Below are positions 62,024 through 64,000 of a stretch of DNA of 64,000 nt, one piece after another. Source of the DNA: an uncultured Ruminococcus sp. (GTDB taxonomy: Bacteria; Bacillota; Clostridia; Monoglobales; Monoglobaceae); assembly GCA_902797885.1 (NCBI GenBank), contig CADBUP010000171.1, positions 17,687-81,686 of the forward strand, given 5' to 3'. The notes beneath the pieces are model-generated. The model was given only the letters and a program-made list of their open reading frames with translations, was not told where the DNA came from and did not search any database. The number at the start of each line of letters is the position of its first letter. The stretch's first letter is position 1. The position numbers and the translations under genes are program-made.

Positions 62024-64000
62024 TTAAGTTTTCTTCTGAGGGATAATGTATGCGGTTGCAGAAAATCCTCCGAGTCTCCATGTCCCTGTACCCATTGAAA
62101 TGTACTCAGTTCCTTGTTTTGTATAAAGTGTTCCATCGTACTTTTCTGTACTATTTCTTACAACTTCAATACTTGTGCATTTATCTATACAATCATTCCA
62201 TCCGTTGTTATATACCCCAGAAGCGTCTATATTTGTTCTTATTGTAGTCCATTCGTTATCTTCATCATCAACCGTTAAAGTGCAACTATGAGTAGAACTA
62301 TTTTCCAATGCTGTTTTTATTTGTGCTTCAGTTCTATTAAAACTAAGAGAAGCAACCTCTTGTTTCAGTACAGTATCACCGCTTTTGTTTTTAACGTATA
62401 CAGTTAATGCCCCGCCCGACCATCCAGAAGTGATCGACGAGGCAGTATTAAAATTTATAGTTGTACCATTAGATAAAGTAATGGAATTATCGGTGTATGA
62501 TTTGATTACGCTATACCATAATTTCCACAACGGATACTGCGTTAAATTTATTACTTGCTCAGTTTCACCAGTTTCAGTGATTGTGTTCAACTTTGTCAAG
62601 TCAACAGTTCCATCTCTCTTTACTCTAAATGGAGCACTTGATGCGGTTGAAGCACCAGCCCATATTGCATATTTAGAAGATGTATTAGACGACAAACCAA
62701 CATAATAAGATCCAGAACCAGAATGAAAACTGTTCGAACCAATGTTCCAGCCACCAATTGTACTTCCTGAACCAGCCGTTATCGTTCCTGTCATAGTCAC
62801 ATTGCCGGTATCAGAAACAGAAAAGTTACCACTGGCAACTGAGAATGTACCACCGGTCTTAATTCTGACGGAATCTTTTGTTATCGTAATACCGCTTGCG
62901 TTTCCAAGCTCGTCCCATACTCCTTGTTCGATTGCGTTATTCATTACGGTAATCGTGGCGTAGTTTGATAATTTCGTGGTTAAATTATCGTCGTTTACTA
63001 CTTTTGTGGATAATGACGATAAATCTATTCTTCCGTTTGTTACGCTGATATTTGCGGCTTTTGTGATAGCCGCAGACGCATTATCGGATAAGCAGCTAAT
63101 ATCTACCTTATCATTTGTTATCATAAGTTTTGCTGCCTTGTTAATTGACGTTTGTGAGTCACTGTTTAAAGAACCCAATGTAATTTTTCCACTGCTGTCC
63201 AACGAGATATTAGCTTCTCGGCCTCCAATGTACAGCGCATTTGCTTTAATTGTTCCCTCTACGCTAACATTCGTGGCGTTTAAATATCCGCCTGCCGTTA
63301 CGTAGAACGGTGCGTTTGACGGGGTCGTGCTGCCGGCCCAAAATGCAACAGCGTTTATTGCTGTCGAACTTGCCATACCCGTAATTCCACCACCGCTAGC
63401 ATTTCCGCTGCGAATTCTGTCTGTGCCTATATACCAGCCGCCGATTGTACTTCCAGTTCCAGCAGTGATCTTTCCATTAAACGTGCCGCTGTTTGCGTAT
63501 ATCTCACCATTGCGTTTCACGTAAAAGTTCGCACTGTCAGGACTTGCTGCTCCAGCCCAAATCGCATAGTCTGACGACGTATTAGAAGACAGTCCCACAT
63601 AGTTAGACGTAGAACCAGAGCTTAACACGTTATTGTTGATTATCCAGCCGCCGGTCATCGTGTCACCGCTGATTGTTCCGCCAATACGTCCTGAAGTGGC
63701 GTAAATAGTACCTGTCACAGTGGCGGAATTCAGCACAGCGTTCACCGCCGTTAAAGTGCCGCCGTTTGTCACTTTAAAATTTGCAGAGGAAGGAGCTGAA
63801 TTTCCAGCCCAAAAAGCAATATTGCTATTTCCAGACGCGGAAGATAAACCAGTAAGTCCGTTATTACTGCTGATTTGATTCGCTGTAATAGACCAGCCGC
63901 CAGTTACCGACGTTCCAGAGATTGTTCCGCCAATATTACCGGAGGCCGCATAGATGTTTCCGTACACGTTGGCGCTTTGCAATTCCGCTCCTACGGCCTT
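62024..64000 (-). CDS. large tail protein with four GGW...YVGLSS...AIWAGA...F.V repeats, 5'-truncated by window edge
   Basis: The frame stays open to nt 64000, upstream of the TTG at 63982. Repeat units of about 60-65 aa. Confidence 0.65.
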   Translation of the reverse strand, partial: KAVGAELQSANVYGNIYAASGNIGGTISGTSVTGGWSITANQISSNNGLTGLSSASGNSNIAFWAGNSAPSSANFKVTNGGTLTAVNAVLNSATVTGTIYATSGRIGGTISGDTMTGGWIINNNVLSSGSTSNYVGLSSNTSSDYAIWAGAASPDSANFYVKRNGEIYANSGTFNGKITAGTGSTIGGWYIGTDRIRSGNASGGGITGMASSTAINAVAFWAGSTTPSNAPFYVTAGGYLNATNVSVEGTIKANALYIGGREANISLDSSGKITLGSLNSDSQTSINKAAKLMITNDKVDISCLSDNASAAITKAANISVTNGRIDLSSLSTKVVNDDNLTTKLSNYATITVMNNAIEQGVWDELGNASGITITKDSVRIKTGGTFSVASGNFSVSDTGNVTMTGTITAGSGSTIGGWNIGSNSFHSGSGSYYVGLSSNTSSKYAIWAGASTASSAPFRVKRDGTVDLTKLNTITETGETEQVINLTQYPLWKLWYSVIKSYTDNSITLSNGTTINFNTASSITSGWSGGALTVYVKNKSGDTVLKQEVASLSFNRTEAQIKTALENSSTHSCTLTVDDEDNEWTTIRTNIDASGVYNNGWNDCIDKCTSIEVVRNSTEKYDGTLYTKQGTEYISMGTGTWRLGGFSATAYIIPQKKT

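Noticed and set aside
1-64000. Stop-codon reassignment (TGA or TAG) suggested by two genes with in-frame stops
   Set aside because: TGA and TAG terminate many motif-supported genes at sensible lengths, including ATGA-coupled pairs (5532, 8447, 30862, 31314) and TAG at 23970, 29420 and 32129. The two cases are better explained as nonsense mutations or errors.
1-64000. CRISPR array
   Set aside because: No regularly spaced direct repeats of 25-40 nt with unique spacers were seen anywhere. The repeats found are intron cores, iterons, arm sites and coding repeats.

Overview
This window is part of a large, AT-rich, temperate dsDNA phage. Strong AGGAGG-type RBSs, a RemA-like gene, an LL-H-type holin and an SH3 endolysin suggest a Firmicutes host. 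Layout: nt 1-45,700 is a plus-strand early/replication/metabolic block, about 45,680-45,950 is an attP-like region, and 46,100-64,000 is a minus-strand lysis/tail-fibre/late block that converges on it. The plus block holds several modules. (i) A JAB(JAMM) protease, an E1/ThiF-like enzyme, a 311-nt ORF-free spacer and a retron-class reverse transcriptase. (ii) Three tRNAs (Gly-UCC, Pro-UGG, Arg-UCU) interleaved with two long hairpin-dense ORF-free regions. (iii) A YonO-like single-subunit two-barrel RNA polymerase (DxDGD motif), Rad52-like annealase, SSB, primase-helicase, Cas4-like nuclease, DnaE-type polymerase, RuvC and NinB. (iv) dUTPase and a contiguous pncA-nadE-nadD-pncB NAD+ salvage operon, with pncC elsewhere. 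(v) A ThyX-like protein, excisionase and tyrosine integrase. The most striking property is mobile-intron load. I count seven group I introns, six of one plus-strand family and one minus-strand intron of a different family. They sit in the RT, the RNAP (three), the primase-helicase, DnaE and a late gene. Four carry a homing-endonuclease architecture I do not recognise: 3-4 tandem CxCxCG...SCGC zinc modules fused to a Vsr/DUF559-like PD-(D/E)XK domain. Two introns carry decayed endonuclease remnants. A free-standing HNH endonuclease is also inserted at the 3' end of ninB. All exon junctions are inferred from frame continuity and ribozyme landmarks and are uncertain by a few nt. Functional calls rest on motifs read directly from the translations; no database search was possible.
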